Source of the DNA: Lysobacterales bacterium
GTDB taxonomy: Bacteria > Pseudomonadota > Gammaproteobacteria > Xanthomonadales > SZUA-5
DNA length: 17,269 nt
Direction: 5' to 3'
Assembly: GCA_022844165.1 (NCBI GenBank)
Contig: JALHMH010000057.1
Span: 1-17,269, forward strand
Shown one piece after another: positions 16,517-17,269 of this stretch (its first letter is position 1; the number at the start of each line of letters is the position of its first letter). A program made the translations under genes and the position numbers. The notes under the pieces are model-generated. The model did not search any database and had not been told where the DNA came from. It was given only the letters and a program-made list of their open reading frames with translations.

Positions 16517-16855
16517 ATGGGACGTGACTTTGTACTATTCCCGCCGACGACATTGGCGACGTGCTCTGGCGGATCTTTGAAAGTGGGGATGATTTGAGTA
16601 AACGCTGCGAGGTCGACTTTTGGACAGTGTTCCCCAGCGAAAAGCTGGCGCAGCAAATCTCGTTGAATTTTTGAAGGCGGGAGAGAAGGTCTTGACGTCA
16701 CGCTATGACCGAAAGCCTGGATTTCCTCGGCAAACAGGAGTACTTCGGGTGATGCTCCCCAGTCACGCGAGATTGCGGGCTTCGAGTCCCTCCTTAAAGT
16801 TGAGGCGAGGAAGGCAGACGGTGCTTTAGATGGACGGGGCTCGTTTCAGCAGTAG
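16517..16855 (+). pseudogene. Frameshifted RraB-like (RNase E inhibitor family) gene
   Basis: Joining frames gives MGRDFVLFP/ADDIGDVLWRIFESGDDLSKRCEVDFWTVFPSEKLAQQISLNF/LKAGEKV..VMLPSHA/EIAGFESLL..GALDGRGSFQQ*. GDDLS..EVDF and the degenerate DGWG are RraB-like. Confidence 0.72.
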
Positions 16856-16919
16856 ATCGGGGCAGCGTCAGCCGCGAGCCGTCCGCCGCCCTCCTCGCCC
16901 ATGACGCTGCCGACCTTGG

Positions 16920-17125
16920 AGCGCGACGTGCTCGTCGAGACAGCGCATGTCTCAAGACAAATCCGTGAGCCGTTTTCGGCGAACGTCGAGTGCGGCTTTG
17001 TCAGCACTTGGCGCGTTGATCTTTGCCACGTTCTGCTCCAGCTCACGTGCCGGAAACAACTGCAACCAGCGCTTGGCGACCAACTCGTCGCTCGTCCCTT
17101 GCTGCCGTCGGTTCGATCGCCAGCC
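16920..17125 (-). pseudogene. Internal fragment of a RAYT-like/Y1 (HUH) transposase
   Basis: SDELVAKRWLQLFP..RRKRLTDLS*DMRCLDEHVA matches the WSDEEVARRW..RLSDLSWFMRxLxExIAR signature, with a Trp-to-TGA stop at 16954-16952. Confidence 0.68.
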
Positions 17126-17269
17126 CGATTGAGCCCATTTCAGCGTCACCCCCAAGTTCGACAGTTCGCGAGCAAAAATTGCCCGTTTTTCACCCCGGAA
17201 CCCACTACTGGCGCGGTTTTCGCGGTCTGATGTGGAAAGCTCTGTAGTCACACGTTTTGTTCAGGTTCT

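Overview
Accessory conflict/defence locus from a GC-rich proteobacterium (Xanthomonadales-like is my inference). From left to right: the 3' part of an Rhs toxin gene with C-terminal toxin 1 and its immunity gene; a solo IS21-type end; a BsuBI/PstI-type restriction-modification pair; an XRE-regulator remnant; a start-less orphan Rhs sharing >1 kb of near-identical core but carrying a different toxin tip, with its immunity gene; a DUF4238-like gene with an exact in-frame 93-bp duplication; a truncated IS21 element (end repeats, intact istB, istA stub); two paralogous antitoxins plus a RelE/ParE toxin; and a helical hypothetical gene. That gene is separated from a divergent WYL regulator by about 20 palindromic TTCG-N4-CGAA units phased every 21 bp, the most unusual signal in the window. 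After the WYL gene come a 2-TM protein with a YunG-like Cys-His-Asp protein, and two pseudogenes (RraB-like and RAYT/Y1-transposase-like). All family calls are from motif recognition only; no searches were run.
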